64,000 nucleotides of DNA from Sphyrna mokarran (taxonomy: Eukaryota), in contig JAGIQG010000011.1 in NCBI GenBank assembly GCA_024679065.1, forward strand, positions 74,400,001-74,464,000, written 5' to 3'. Shown here piece by piece: positions 48,022 through 60,321 of this stretch. Positions within the stretch are counted from its first letter, which is position 1. Each line of letters starts with the position of its first letter. A model generated the notes under the pieces. It did not search any database. It was not told the DNA's origin and saw nothing but the letters and a program-made list of their open reading frames with translations. A program made the position numbers and the translations under genes.

Positions 48022-50222
48022 TTTGGTTGCAGAGAAGGTTCACTAGGCTGATACAGGAGATGAGGGTGTTGGATTATGAGGAGAGACTGAATAGGCTAGG
48101 TTTGTACTCTTTAGAGTTTACAAGGCTGAGAGGGGGTCTTATATTTACAGTGGAAAGTGATCTGGGAGGATGCACTACAAGTTTGCAGCAGACTGAAAAG
48201 ATTGAGTATGTAGATATTAGGGAAGCGGATGTGTTAGAACTTTTAAATGCTATCAAGATAGACAAGTCTCCTGGACCAGATGGGATGTACCCCAGGTTAT
48301 TGTGGGAGGTGAGGGATGTCATTGCAGAGCCCCTGGCGATGATCTTTGCGTCGTCGATGGAGACGGGGGAGGTTCCAGAGGATTGCGGATGTGGTCCCTA
48401 TTTTCAAGAAAGGGAACAGGGATAGTCCTGGAAATTACCGACCGGTGAGTCTGACCTCAGTGGTTGGTAAGCTGATGGAGAGACTTCTGAGGGACAAGAT
48501 TTACGAGCATTTGGAGAAGTTTAGGTTGATTAGAAATAGTCAGCATGATTTTGTAAAAGGCAGGTCGTGCCTTACAAGCTTAATTGAGTTCTTCGAAAAT
48601 GTGACTGAACACATTGACGAAGGAAGAGCAGTGGACGTGGTGTACGTGGACTTTAGCAAGGCATTTGACAAGGTCCCACATGCAAGACTTCTTGAGAAGG
48701 TGAGAGGCCATGGGATCCAAGGGGCTTTGGCCTTGTGGATCCAGAAATGGCTTGCCTGCAGAAGGCAGAGGGTGGTTGTGGATGGCTCTTTTTCTGCATG
48801 GAGGTCGGTCACCAGTGGAGTGCCCCAGGGATCTGTTCTAGGACCTTTGCTGTTTGTCATTTTCATAAATGACCTGGATGAGGAGGTAGAGGGATGGGTG
48901 AGTAAGTTCGCCGATGACACGAAGGTCGGTGGTGTTGTGGATGGTCTGGAGGGATGTCAGAAGTTGCAGCATGACAGGATGCAAGACTGGGCGGAGAAGT
49001 GGCAGATGGACTTCAACGTGGATAAATGTGTTGTGGTCCATTTTGGCAGATCCAACGGGATGAACGAGTACACTATCAAAGGTAGGAGTCTTAGCTGTGT
49101 GGAAGAGCAGAGGGATCTTGGGGTCCGGGTCCATAAGACTCTCAAATCGGCCTCCCACGTGGAGGATGTGGTTAGAACATAGAACATAGAAAGCTTACTT
49201 GGTTAAGAAAGCTTACGGTGTACTGGCCTTCATTCATCAAGGGATTGAGTTCAGCAGTCAGGAGGTAATGCTGCAGCTTTATAGGACCCTTGTCGGACCA
49301 CACTTGGGGTACTGTGCGCAGTTCTAGTCACCTCACTAATAGGAAGGACGTGGAAGCTATTGAAAGGGTGCAGAGGAGATTTACAAGGATGTTGCCTGGA
49401 TTGGGAGGCATGCCTTATGAAGACAGGTTGAGGGAGCTGGGACTGTTCTCCCTGGAGAGACGAAGGTTGAGAGGCGACCTGATAGAGGTTTACAAGATGT
49501 TGAGAGGAATAGATAGGGTGGACTCTCAGAGACTATTTCCCAGGGCTGAAATGGTCGCGACGAGAGGGCACAGATTTAAGGTGCAGGGAAGCAAGTACAG
49601 AGGGGATGCTAGGGGAAAGTTTTTCACTCAGAGGGTGGTGAGTGAATGGAATCGGCTGCCGTCGGTGGTAGTCGAGGCGAACTCGCTGGGGTCTTTTAAA
49701 AGACTTCTGGATGAGTATAAGGGATCCAGTGGGATTGGGGGTTATAGATAGGTCTATGGCTGGGTAGGTTTTGATGTGTTCGGCACAACTTGTGGGCCGA
49801 AGGACCTGTTTGTGCTGTAGTATTCTATGTTCTATGTATAAGATAATGAACGGGATGGATAGGGTAAAGATGGAGACACTCTTCCCACGTAGCAAAGATA
49901 ATAGGACTATAGCAGGATAAAGGGCACAGCCTCAAGATTAGCGGGGGGTGTGGTTCAGATCAGAGTTGAGGAGGAATTTCTTCACGCAAAGGGTGGTGAA
50001 TCTTTGGAATTCTCTGCTTGAAGTGGTGGAGGCTTCCTTGCTGAATATGTTCAAGTCAAGAGTGGATAGGTTTTTGATTGACAAGAGAATTAAGGGTTAC
50101 GGGGAGAAAGCGGGAAAGTGGTACTGAACCACTACAGATCAACCATGATCTTTTTGAATGGCGGGGCAGGCTCGTGGGGCTAGATGGCTACTCCTGCTCC
50201 TATTTCTTATGTTCTTATGTTC
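48022..50222 (+). mobile_element. Host CR1 3' fragment (48022-48142 plus 49836-50222) split by a younger CR1
   Basis: QRRFTRLI..MR.L.YEERL.RLGLYSLE..RLRGGLI resumes at 49836 as YKIMNGMDRV. Tail ttcttatgttcttatgttc. Confidence 0.88.
48143..49835 (+). mobile_element. Young 5'-truncated CR1 (RT domain to 3' tail)
   Basis: ORF 48346-49182 has DFSKAFDKVPH, GVPQGSVLGPLLF and KFADDTK. Tail attctatgttctatg. Very similar to 63630-64000. Confidence 0.95.
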
Positions 50223-50314
50223 TTTGTAATTCAAATTCAGTCAATGAATAAATTCCAGTAACATATGACACTTTTTGTTTGAACTGAGGTACTCAAGTAT
50301 TTCACAATTAAGGG

Positions 50315-50655
50315 AGGCAGCGGTGTAATGATATTGTCACTAGACTGGAAATCAAGAGACCCAGGGTATTGCCCTGGATTCAAATCCCACAATGGCAAAT
50401 GATGAAATTTGAATTCAATAAAAATCTGGAATCATAAATCTAATAATGGTCATAAAGCAACTGTGGTAAAAACCTATCTGGCTCGTTAATGCTTTTGAGG
50501 GAAGGAAATCTGTCTCCTTTCCTGGTCTAGCCTGGTGACTCCAGATCCAGAAATGTGTTTGGCTTTTAACTGCCCCCTAAAATGGTCTAATAAGCCATTC
50601 AGTTAATGGGCAATTAGGGATGGATAATAAATGTTGGCCCAATCAGCAATGCTTT
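50315..50655 (+). mobile_element. tRNA-derived SINE with Nin-domain/MER131-like core
   Basis: tRNA-like head (ggtgtaatg...ggattcaaatccc), core ctggctcgttaatgcttttgagggaaggaaatctg...gtgactccaga...ttaactgccc as recalled for Nin-type SINEs, and tail gggcaattagggatgg. Confidence 0.6.
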
Positions 50656-51384
50656 TATTGGAAATAGAAAAAAGCTACCATGAACAACGTCTCTTCCTGA
50701 AATGCTGGATGCCATACACTGTATGGGTGGCACTCCATAAGATAGTATAGATGCCTAAAGGCTCACCTCCACAATAAAATAGACAAAGACAGAACTTCTA
50801 AGTGCAGGCTCGCTACTCATGTACATATTCCACTACAAAAATCCCTCACGTCAGGAATCCCAGAACTCGGTCCCACCCACTATTTTGAAAATACTTCCAC
50901 CTCCATTCTAGCATGGATGGAAGCATAAAAATTCAGGCGTTCAGTGTGGTTTTCAGCTTAGACTCAACTGTACAACATCACAGAAGGAGGCCATTCAGAC
51001 CATTATGCACAGGCCAGCACTCTGGGGGTAAAGCCATCCAACCTATTTCACTTCTCCGTTTTCTCCTCATTTACACTAAAAAAAGTTTGAACATCTCAAT
51101 CAAATCTTTTCTCAACCCTCATTACTTTGTGGAAAAGCAATCTTCTCCAATCTGTTCACGTGACTGAGGCCCCTGACAGAATTCTAGTAAATCTCTTCTG
51201 CACATTTTTCCAAGAATTGCACACTATACTCCCACTGAGGGTGACCCACTGCTCAATGAAGGTTTAGCATAAAGTTGCAGGAATTGACCAAACAACCCCC
51301 ACTCAAACCTCCTTTGATAAGGCAGTGACTAATTTTGGCCTCCATTTTCCTGCTCAATTTCCATATCTTATTCCCTAAAGTCAA

Positions 51385-51557
51385 CAAAACAAAGAACAAA
51401 GAACAAAACAGCACGGGAAACAGGCCCTTCAGCCCAACGAGCCTGCACCGCCACCCCAATATTCCCACCTCTACCCGTGATCCCGGTCCATGTTTATAGA
51501 TCTATGGATTAAAAACCAAATTTGAGACAATTTAGGGAGAATTTGTTTTGCCAATTG
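51385..51557 (-). mobile_element. Terminal 3' fragment of the same element as 3190-3360
   Basis: Near-identical reverse complement of 3194-3360, with a (TTCTTTG)n tail. Confidence 0.88.
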
Positions 51558-51689
51558 GGTCCAAAAGTCTATACTTCCTTTTGCTAGTATTAATAAGTTG
51601 AAGAATCCCATATTCTTTAAAAATTAAACAGTCTTCTCAATTTGTTGAACCACCAAGTGCAGAGCAGGCAAAAGAAAAGCAGAGTGGGA

Positions 51690-52100
51690 GAGAGAGTTTA
51701 ACAAAACATACATAACAGCAAATAATGAGGCTTGACAAAATATTTTGCATCTATCTTCACACTGAAGACAAAGTTTCATAAGAAATAAATGATAACATGG
51801 GACTAAAGATGAAGTTATCCCCTTTGGTTGCAAGAATTTTTTTTCTAAAAAGGGTGAAAAACTTTTAAGTGTTGATGTTCAAAGAGATTTGGATGTTCAA
51901 AGAGATTTGGATGTTCTGGTGCAAGGGATGCAGGAAGTTGGCAAGCAGGTAGAGCAAGCATTTAGGAAGCAAATGGCATGTTGGCCTTTAATACAAGAAG
52001 TTTGGAATACACAAATAAATTGGTTTTGCTGCAGTTGTGCAGGATATTGCTAAGATCACATCTAGAGCACAGTGCACAGTTTTGGTCTGCTTGTTTATTG
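51690..52100 (+). mobile_element. Old CR1 fragment containing an 18-bp tandem duplication (51874-51916)
   Basis: QRDL, ANGMLAF and LRSHLEHSAQFWS remnants. gatgttcaaagagatttg occurs about 2.4 times. Confidence 0.7.
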
Positions 52101-53777
52101 ATCCGGCCACCCACCACATTTGGCAAAGGGTTTTGGATTTTTAAACAGATCACACGAGTGACTCAGGTATGTTTATGTCCCACCTTTAAAACAGCAGCAG
52201 AGAAAATCAGAAAGCCATCAAACCAGCTGCAGTCAATTAAGCAGCCAAGGTAATACAGAGCAACATCTTGAAAGTGGGAAAGGGACTCTGCTCAATCTGT
52301 TCCAACTAAGAAGTCATCCAAAAACCAATCTCCTAAAATTTAGTTACACAAAACCTTGCATCTTACTGAGAATCCTGTTAGAGATTCACTTCAACCAAGT
52401 GCATCAACTCATCTAAGAAATTCCAGACCTGCTATGAAAGACAGACTGGGGCAATTATAAACAGTATTGTTTCTTTCTTTTCTTCCTCTTTATTAATCTT
52501 TGTGAGTGATAGTATGTGTGAGGGTCACTGCATTTAAATTTCTGGAATAAATGTGGGATAATAAATAATCTTTGGTATTTTAAAATTCACAAAACAGTTT
52601 ACTGCTGGGATTATTTAAACTAGGACAATCACTATTGATGGTAAAAGAACATGCATATTATAAAACAAGAACAAATTGATCATGGAATCTTCAAAACACA
52701 TAACCTCTATCATCTGAAAGAAAGCAGACACAAGGGAACACCACCATTCATTTCAGTGTTTACGTGTCCTTGGCTGGTGACTGAGAATGTGGCAGTTTTT
52801 TTTAAAGTTCCAATAGAATCCAGGATTAAGTTGCAGCCCATTTAACTGCAATTGCTGGAGTAAAAGTCTCCTTAAATGTAATCAGTCTCTTCTACCAATC
52901 ATGAGTTTTGCACACAATGTTGCTTTCAATGAAAAATTCAGTATCTTTGTGCCGGATTTTTAAACTGTAAAGGGAATGGTGCCTTAACTTGGGAGAAAAG
53001 TGCTTGAAGTCAAAAGATTGAAGGGACTGGTTAATTGGCAGATTTTACAGATCACTCACTGCTTTTCTCTTTAGCTCTCTTCCCACTGCCCCCTTCCAAC
53101 TGTCCCATCACTTATCTGATGTCCGACCTCTGTCTCGTGGTCAAGGGATAGATAGGTTCTATAATATAACATCCACTTAATGATCATCTGATGAGTCATT
53201 ATCCACCTTGATAAGATAGCAGGACATATCTCCACTGTTGGGGAGATTTTGGGAGGTAGTCTTATAGAAATGCAAACGCTATGTCCAGTACATTTCAGTG
53301 AATCCCTTTCAATTGGTTCTGACATCTTAATATGTGAAATTCCAGAGAAGGATATTGCAGCATGTCTGAACTGCACTTCACAGTGGAACCTATTCGGAGC
53401 AGGTTAGCTTTCAATACCAGATGTCAGTTGGCTTGTGGAAGAGATTTTTATTCTGCTTCTTTTCTTGAATAAAATGTCACATTAGATAGTTCAGTATATG
53501 TTTAGTCATATGGTGAAATTACAGGATAATACCATTCATGCACAAGCCACATCATCATGAAAACATACAGGCAGTCTAACCAAACAGATTTGGGAGTGTT
53601 GAGGAAGGAGAAGATTTCCTTGAGGAGACAAGGGGAATTCCTGCTGTTTCTGGTCCACAGGAGTACCACTTACCATAGAGAACTGACAGCTCCTCCTCCT
53701 TGTCAATGCCAAATTTTCCGGCCCATAGGAAACACATGCAACACCAGTTAACTTCAAATCAGTAGCAGAATTGGGGT

Positions 53778-54060
53778 GGCATGGTGGCACAGTGGTTAGC
53801 ACTGCTGCCTCACAGTGCGAGGGACCCAGGTTCCATTCCCAGCTTCAGTTATTGCCAGTATAGAGTTTGCACATTCTTCCTGTGTCTGCGTGGGTTTCCT
53901 CTGGGTGCTCCAGTTTCCTCCCACAATCCAAAAATGTGCTGGTTATGTGTATTGGCCATGCTAAAATTCTCCCTCAGAATACCCAAACAGGCTAAGCGAT
54001 TTTCACAGTAACTTCATTACAATGTGAATATACGCCTGCTATGACTAATAAATGAATAAA
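53778..54060 (+). mobile_element. V-SINE, tail type 2
   Basis: ggcatggtggcacagtggttagcactgctgcctcacag, V-core and tail ...atgactaataaatg. Confidence 0.85.
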
Positions 54061-55194
54061 TTTTAAAATTGAAGGCACTCAATTTAAATATGCTGATAAG
54101 CATCTAGCCTCATCACAATTTGATACTCAGATGGCTTGACATCCATCACTTTTGCCATACCAGTGAAATAAAACATCATAATTTTTACTGGCATGTGATT
54201 ATCAACTCCAATTAACTTTTTGCCAGCTGTTCCATTCCAACTATGGAATGGAATATTCGCCCTTCGATAAATGCCACATTTTATACAATTCCATTGCATA
54301 AGTTTAATGTCAATGTGAATAATTTATTAAATCAGTCTGCATAAAAACATAATTTTAATATTTATTATTTAAATCACCTGCAATCAAAAGGAATAATAAA
54401 CCTCTGGCTAGAAATGCACAGAACAAAACTTATGCAGCAAATCACAGCTTTGCAATTAGTCATCCATCTAAACACCACCACTGCTTTGAAACATAAGAAT
54501 GGAGAACTAAAGGATCAATCCACCCATTAAAAGTGCATTTTCCAAACTCATGCATTTTAATCATTTTCTGAATGCCCTGAATGTTTCGACCACTACCACT
54601 CAGACTGGTAGATTCTCTCTAAATGCAAACATGTATACAACTGTTTTGTAATGAGAAGTTTTTCCCAGCAGCAGTTTAAAATTATCTCCATGAATTGGTA
54701 TCATCTGCTCTGGGTACTTTTTTTTAAACTTTTTCTTATTCCATGAAAGCTTTGGTTCCCTTTAACCTCTCTTTCTCTAGAATATATGTTAGGTCTCAGC
54801 TGATTAAGCAAAATATCAGGTACATCTTCTTAACCATCTTTTCCATCTGTCCTGCTACCTTCAAGGATTTGTGGACATGCACTTGAAGGTGCCTCTGTTC
54901 TTCTACATTTCACACAATCTTTCCACTTACAGTACCTTGCTTGCCCTCCCAAATGTATTACGTCACACTACTTCAGATTAAATTTCATTTGCCACTAACG
55001 CCGCCTGACCAGTTCATTGATATCTTTCTGCAGTTGACAACTTTCTTCTTCATTTGCAAACTTATATTTTGAATCTAATTCATGACTATATATTACAAAC
55101 AGCCAACAATGTGCAGAGGTCCCACAGGAAACAGGCTTCTGAACAGGCATTGTGAAATTCTAGCTGCTTCCAGTTTGTGAATATCTAGTTGGTA

Positions 55195-55340
55195 AAGAAA
55201 AGGACATGCTGCTGAAGCTTTTCATCATACATGTCAACAGGACACACACAAGAATCCATATTTCAAAAGGGAACAAAAAATGATACGTAATGAGAAATGA
55301 GTTCTGACTGGTTAGCAAGTTAGCTCTGATTGGTCAAGAT
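55195..55340 (-). mobile_element. Short repeat (family C) with minimal hammerhead-like motif at 55210-55244
   Basis: Minus strand reads TGTC-CTGTTGA-CATGTATGAT-GAAA-AGCT-TC-AGCA. Homologous to 6845-6925. Confidence 0.55.
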
Positions 55341-55606
55341 ATTGTCATGGCAAATGCATAAGCAAACTGGCAGAAAGATTCAATAGCATGTCTTTCCTCA
55401 TATTACTAAAGTTCTGCACTTCTACGTGACTATTTAAGCATCTAGCTCATGGATTTTAGTACACAACTTTTAGTTTTAGGACTATAACATTTAGGTTGCT
55501 TAGTCTCTTACAAATAGGTCTGGAGGTTCCTATGGTTGAATATAAAGTTTATTGGTAACCATTAAAATATCCAAGGTACTGCCAGGCATGGAAGCTGCCT
55601 CTGTGG

Positions 55607-55918
55607 ACGGCACAGTCATTAGCATTGCTGTCTCACAACACCAGGGACCCAAGTTCAATTGCAGCCTTAAGTCATTATGTGTGTGGAGTTTGCAGTTTCT
55701 CCCCATGTCTGCGTGGTTTTTGTCCGGGTGCTCCGGTTTCCTCCTACAGTCCAAAGATGTGCAGGTTAGGTTAACTGGCCATACTGAATTGACCCTCGTG
55801 TCAAGAGGATTAGCAGGGTGAATATGTTGGGTAATGGGAATAGGGCCTGGATGGAGTAATGGTTGATTCAGATTCGATGAGCTGAATAGTTTCCTTGTGT
55901 ACTGTAGGGATTCTATGG
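55607..55918 (+). mobile_element. HE1-like V-SINE
   Basis: Well-preserved V-core gtgtggagtttgcagtttctccccatgtctgcgtgg...ccggtttcctcctacagtccaaagatgtgc and CR1-type tail. Confidence 0.85.
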
Positions 55919-56879
55919 TTCCCAGCTGGTTCCTTCTGGAACCACACAGTCTAATATCATGTATCATGTAACACTCTATATTATATTGTGGATGGTACTG
56001 CTCTTCAGTCCCACATGACTCTTGTTCTGCCCAATATCCTAATGCTGCAGTTGTACGTTTGTAAGGTCAGAGACAGAGTGCTATAAAATGAAGCTGGAGC
56101 CAAGAGTTTGCAATATTTGTTAGAACAAGGGCAATCCAGTGAGAGGTTTAATTTTGGGAGGTAGAATTAAAATACTTTAAACATATTTGGGAAGTCCTGA
56201 TCGGTTGTAAATCTTTTTTTAAATTAGGAACTAAATTGTAAATATCAGATAATTAACTTAAAAATTGGGTTTTGGACTGCCCAGATAAAGCTGCATCATC
56301 ATAGATATGGAAAGGTTTTCTGGTTTCAATTTACCTGTTTTTTTTGTTGTAAGTTGCTGTTTGGACTTCATGTGGTTTGCAATTCATGCAGAAGTTAGCC
56401 AAAATAAAGTTCATTTATTTATTACTCACAAGTAGGCTTACATCAACATTGCAATGAAGTTACCGTGAAAATCCCCTAAATAGACAGACAACACTGCAAG
56501 CAAACTAGTAACTAAGAAAGTAACCAGAACAAAGGACTAAGTTATCCACAGGCAAGAAATGGCAAATTAAAGTTATTTCTGAGCAGAGGGAAATTTTCCA
56601 AAGGACTATATGGATGATCCCTTCAGAATTAAATAACTTTCAAGATTTGTATGTCTACGAATTCTTGGGGGAAGGAGGAAATAAACCAGAATGCATATAC
56701 AGTTGTAAGTTACAGTGTTAACTTACCCATAATTGTCCTGTTCAATAAAGTTTGAGCTTTAGTTAAAAAAAAATGAAATTTGTGATGTCATTCTATTGGA
56801 TAAAATGAGGTATTTGAATTTCTTTTTAAAGGTTTATGGTCCTAACTGGATTGTAACACCAGTCAGCTAATGACCACAA

Positions 56880-57345
56880 TCTTTCGCTTCCTGCCAGAAT
56901 CAATTTCAAATCTAACTTGCCATTTTTCCTTTGATCCCATGAGCTTTTCATTTCCTAACCAGGTTGCCAGGTGGGACCTAAATCCACATAATCTACATCA
57001 AATACTCTAATCTCACCAGCCCTCCTCAAAAAAAATTCACTCAAATTCATCAGACACGACCTGTCTTCAACAAATCGTTGCTCCATTCCTTGATTAACTG
57101 TGCCTCTCTGAATGACAATAAATCTCAATCTTTTTTCCAATAATTTGCCCCCTACCAAGGTTAGGCTGACTTGCCAATAATAACTCGAGCAATCCCTTCC
57201 GCTCTTCTTATAAAGAATGGTGCAATGTCAGCAGTCCTCCAATACTATGCCTGCAGCCATAGAGAATTGGAAAATTATGTTCAGATCTCCACTACTGCTC
57301 CTCTTTACGATCAGGATACATTTGACCAGGTCTGGTGTTTTAACC
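56880..57345 (-). mobile_element. Old CR1 RT fragment
   Basis: Minus-strand remnants VGGKLLEK..R, FV..RSCL.NL.EFF and DVDYVD. Confidence 0.65.
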
Positions 57346-57569
57346 ATTATCAAGGATACTAAATTCTTTAAAATAGTAGCAGAAATGTTTCAAAAGAAAA
57401 TTTGGAAGAGATTTATCTCAGTAGGAAATTTGTAGCCTTAAAAGTTAGTAGTATTTATGTTCATTACTAGTAATTTGTTTATTTAGAAATTATTTCTTCA
57501 GAAATTTAATCACAAGACAGGTATGAATGAGGAAAAGCTGGATAGCCCATCCATTTGAAGGAAACAGAC

Positions 57570-57880
57570 ATCGAACATAGCGCAGGAGGCGGCCACTGGG
57601 CTATTGAGTCTGCACCAACAATAATCTCATCCAGGCCCTATTCCCTTAACCCCATGCATTTACCCTAGCTAGTCCCCCTGACATTAAGGGGAAAATTACC
57701 ACAGCCAATTCACCTATTTCGCACATCTTTGGAGTGTGGGAGGGAACCCGAGCACCCAGAGGAAACCCATGCAGACATAGGCGAGAACATACAAACTCCA
57801 CACATAGACAGTGACCCAAGCTGGGAATTGAATCTGGATCCCTGGCGACATGAGGCAGCAGTGTAGCCACTGTTGTGCCC
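57570..57880 (-). mobile_element. HE1-like V-SINE
   Basis: Reverse-complement V-core (cacatctttggagtgtgggagggaacccgagcacccagaggaaacccatgcagac), B-box and tail. Confidence 0.85.
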
Positions 57881-59390
57881 AAAAGTATTACTCTTAAAAT
57901 TAGTATTCAGCACTTATTGGAAATGTCATTGCTGTTACTTTCAGTATCCACTCTGCAAGGCATGCAATATTTTTATCATTCTGTAGAATAACTCCTAAAC
58001 ACCCGAATAAATTTCCCTGACTGGTTTGAATATGTACCCTCTTGCTCTACTGTTATTTTTATTTCCGTTATCATTGCAAATCTCAAATCTTCACTTAAAA
58101 TTCAATCTTCACATTATTTATCATTTTATTCCCTGAACATTCTCTATGGCATCAATGTCTCCCATTAACAGAACTGGACGCATGGTAAAGACTAACCAGA
58201 GCACTAGATTGCTTCAACCATTGCAAATCATTCATTATTTCATATACTCTGTTAATTGTTTTAGCAATGATCAGGTATGTTTAGTGGAGTCAACTAAAAT
58301 CCCCAAATCTCTTCCAACTTCACATTTACCCATTTCAGCTTTCTTTCTTTGTATAATACTACCATTTAAATTTTACCTAACATTATTTTAATTGTAAAGT
58401 ATTAACTCCCATTATACTCAATGAGCAAGTGTGTAAGGAGCTGCATCATGGTCACTGCATACTGAAGGAAAATGACTGAAAACCATCTTAAAGATTAGTT
58501 CGAGCTATATCCTAGTCTTCATCTTTAGAAATAGTTAAATGTGTTTTCAACTACAGACTGCAGTTAGATTGCTTCTAATATAAAATGGTTAACAAATCCA
58601 GAGATAAAACCATAATAACAGATTGTAACAGGAGTGACTACACCCACAATGGAATAGTAGAAAACATCGGAATAAGCCTCAAGTAAAGCCCAGCAACTCA
58701 GCAGGTGAAGGACTTATCCAGCAGCTGAGTAAAGTGACACTGCAGCCACCCTCTTTTATTCAACTCCAAGGACTACAGCAAGATATTGCAGATCTTTCAT
58801 TCTCTTTGGGGAGAAGCTAGAAAAAGTGGGAACAGGATACAGCAAGAATGATGGTGAAAAGCCCAAAAATATTATTCTAGATCTCAATTTAATCTTTCAG
58901 GGAAGACTTCTGTTGGAAGATGTGGTTTGAAACTACGCCTTTTGACTCTACCACCATTGATCGTGAAGTCTTCGATACCATTCAGAAGAATCATATAACA
59001 GCCAAAAGAAAGCTAACAAGGGAGAATGAGATCTTAATTCCAAACTGGATCAAACCAGTAGTGATTCAGAGGTCGTAAATCCATATAAACATGGATTTCA
59101 TCAGTAAGATATAGAAGTGCTTGAACCTTTTTTCAATAAAGAAGCAGAGGTCCAAACTGTACAGCTTCTACAGCTAGAGAGTAATTTAGAAAAACTTAAA
59201 AGTAGAGCACAAAATGGAGCTCAAAAATCTTAAGATTAATTGAACTGACTAAAGATTTGAAATATTGGATAAATTTTCCTTCATATAAATCCAATTATGT
59301 TAGCCGTTGGCAACTATGAAATACTTGCTAAAACAAACATGTTTTTGTTTTACATTAGACATTTTGAAGAGCAGCCATATCACCTGCCCT

Positions 59391-60321
59391 TGTAATTAAT
59401 TTAAAATATATATATGATGCTACCGTGCCTTTAAAAAATGTATTTTTTTTAAATCATGTTTTCTCCAGTTATAAGCAGTTTTCTTTTTCATTGTGGCATT
59501 GACTCCTGATAAGATGTCCTTTTTATTGTTGCTTAAGTGATTTAAAACGGGCTTTGCTTATTCTTAATCTAGGCCAATTGCAGTTTCTGGGAGTTTACAA
59601 ACTTTTTGAAGTGTTGCGGGAAGGTTGACCGACAAGCTGTTTTGTTCTTTATTCTAAGTCAAGATCAGGGAATTCCTTCACAAAGCAATCCAAGAATTCA
59701 TTTTCAGCTTTAGATAGAATCTGTTGGACCACAAAATGAAAAGCAGTATTTCTGTGCTTCTCTCCCGATATTGGGAATTCTGCTGGCTGCTGTTTAGTTA
59801 GAAGCTGTTTGGATTGCAGACCAGAAGAAATCTCTCTCATCTCTAAAGGGAGAATTTTGCTGTCAGTGGTTTGCTAGCTAGAGACCAACAGTGACATTAT
59901 TGCCACCTCATGTTACTGGGAATTTCCAGAATAAAGAAGTCAGAGTTTCAATTCTCAAATTAATTTGTAGCAGGTGTTGCAGTGCGGTAAAATCCAGCAT
60001 CACATGAGATTTTCGTGCTAAACTACAGATAGATGTATGTTTGGAATTGCTTTGTTGTGTTGGAACAGTGCAATTAGCTGTTAAGGTTTATATAATATCA
60101 TGGTTGTTTTGTTCTTGTTTGTGATTGATAAAAGTTATTGCTAATTTTCTATGCATTAACTGTAGTCTTAATTAAACTCTGATAAAAGCATCCTAGTGGG
60201 TCACTTGAATCATACCTGAAGTGGAGCACCTTATGCTTACCCTAGCCAAATTCAAAGTGTAAAACTTATGGTCTATGCTGACTTCATAAAATACCTTGGA
60301 GTTTCAGACCTGGATTATAAA
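59391..60321 (+). mobile_element. Possible solo LTR
   Basis: About 930 bp non-coding block starting TGTAAT and ending ATTATAA(A), imperfect inverted termini, with an ATTAAA-like signal near the 3' end. No confirmed TSD. Confidence 0.35.

Noticed and set aside
48074-49895. Several minus-strand ORFs of 76-126 aa (also 990-1388 and 63065-63811)
   Set aside because: Antisense shadows of CR1 ORF2.
51874-51916. Short direct repeats considered as a CRISPR-like array
   Set aside because: Simple 18-bp tandem duplication without spacers, in eukaryotic DNA.
53778-53850. tRNA-like sequence with A and B boxes
   Set aside because: SINE head running directly into the V-core, with no full cloverleaf.
54660-54700. 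Candidate ORC4 Walker A exon (IHGD.. on -)
   Set aside because: No ESNS or GPRGSGKT, and no fitting splice sites.
58620-59290. Purine-rich stretch resembling decayed L1 ORF1 or gag
   Set aside because: No continuous frame or diagnostic motif, too weak to call.
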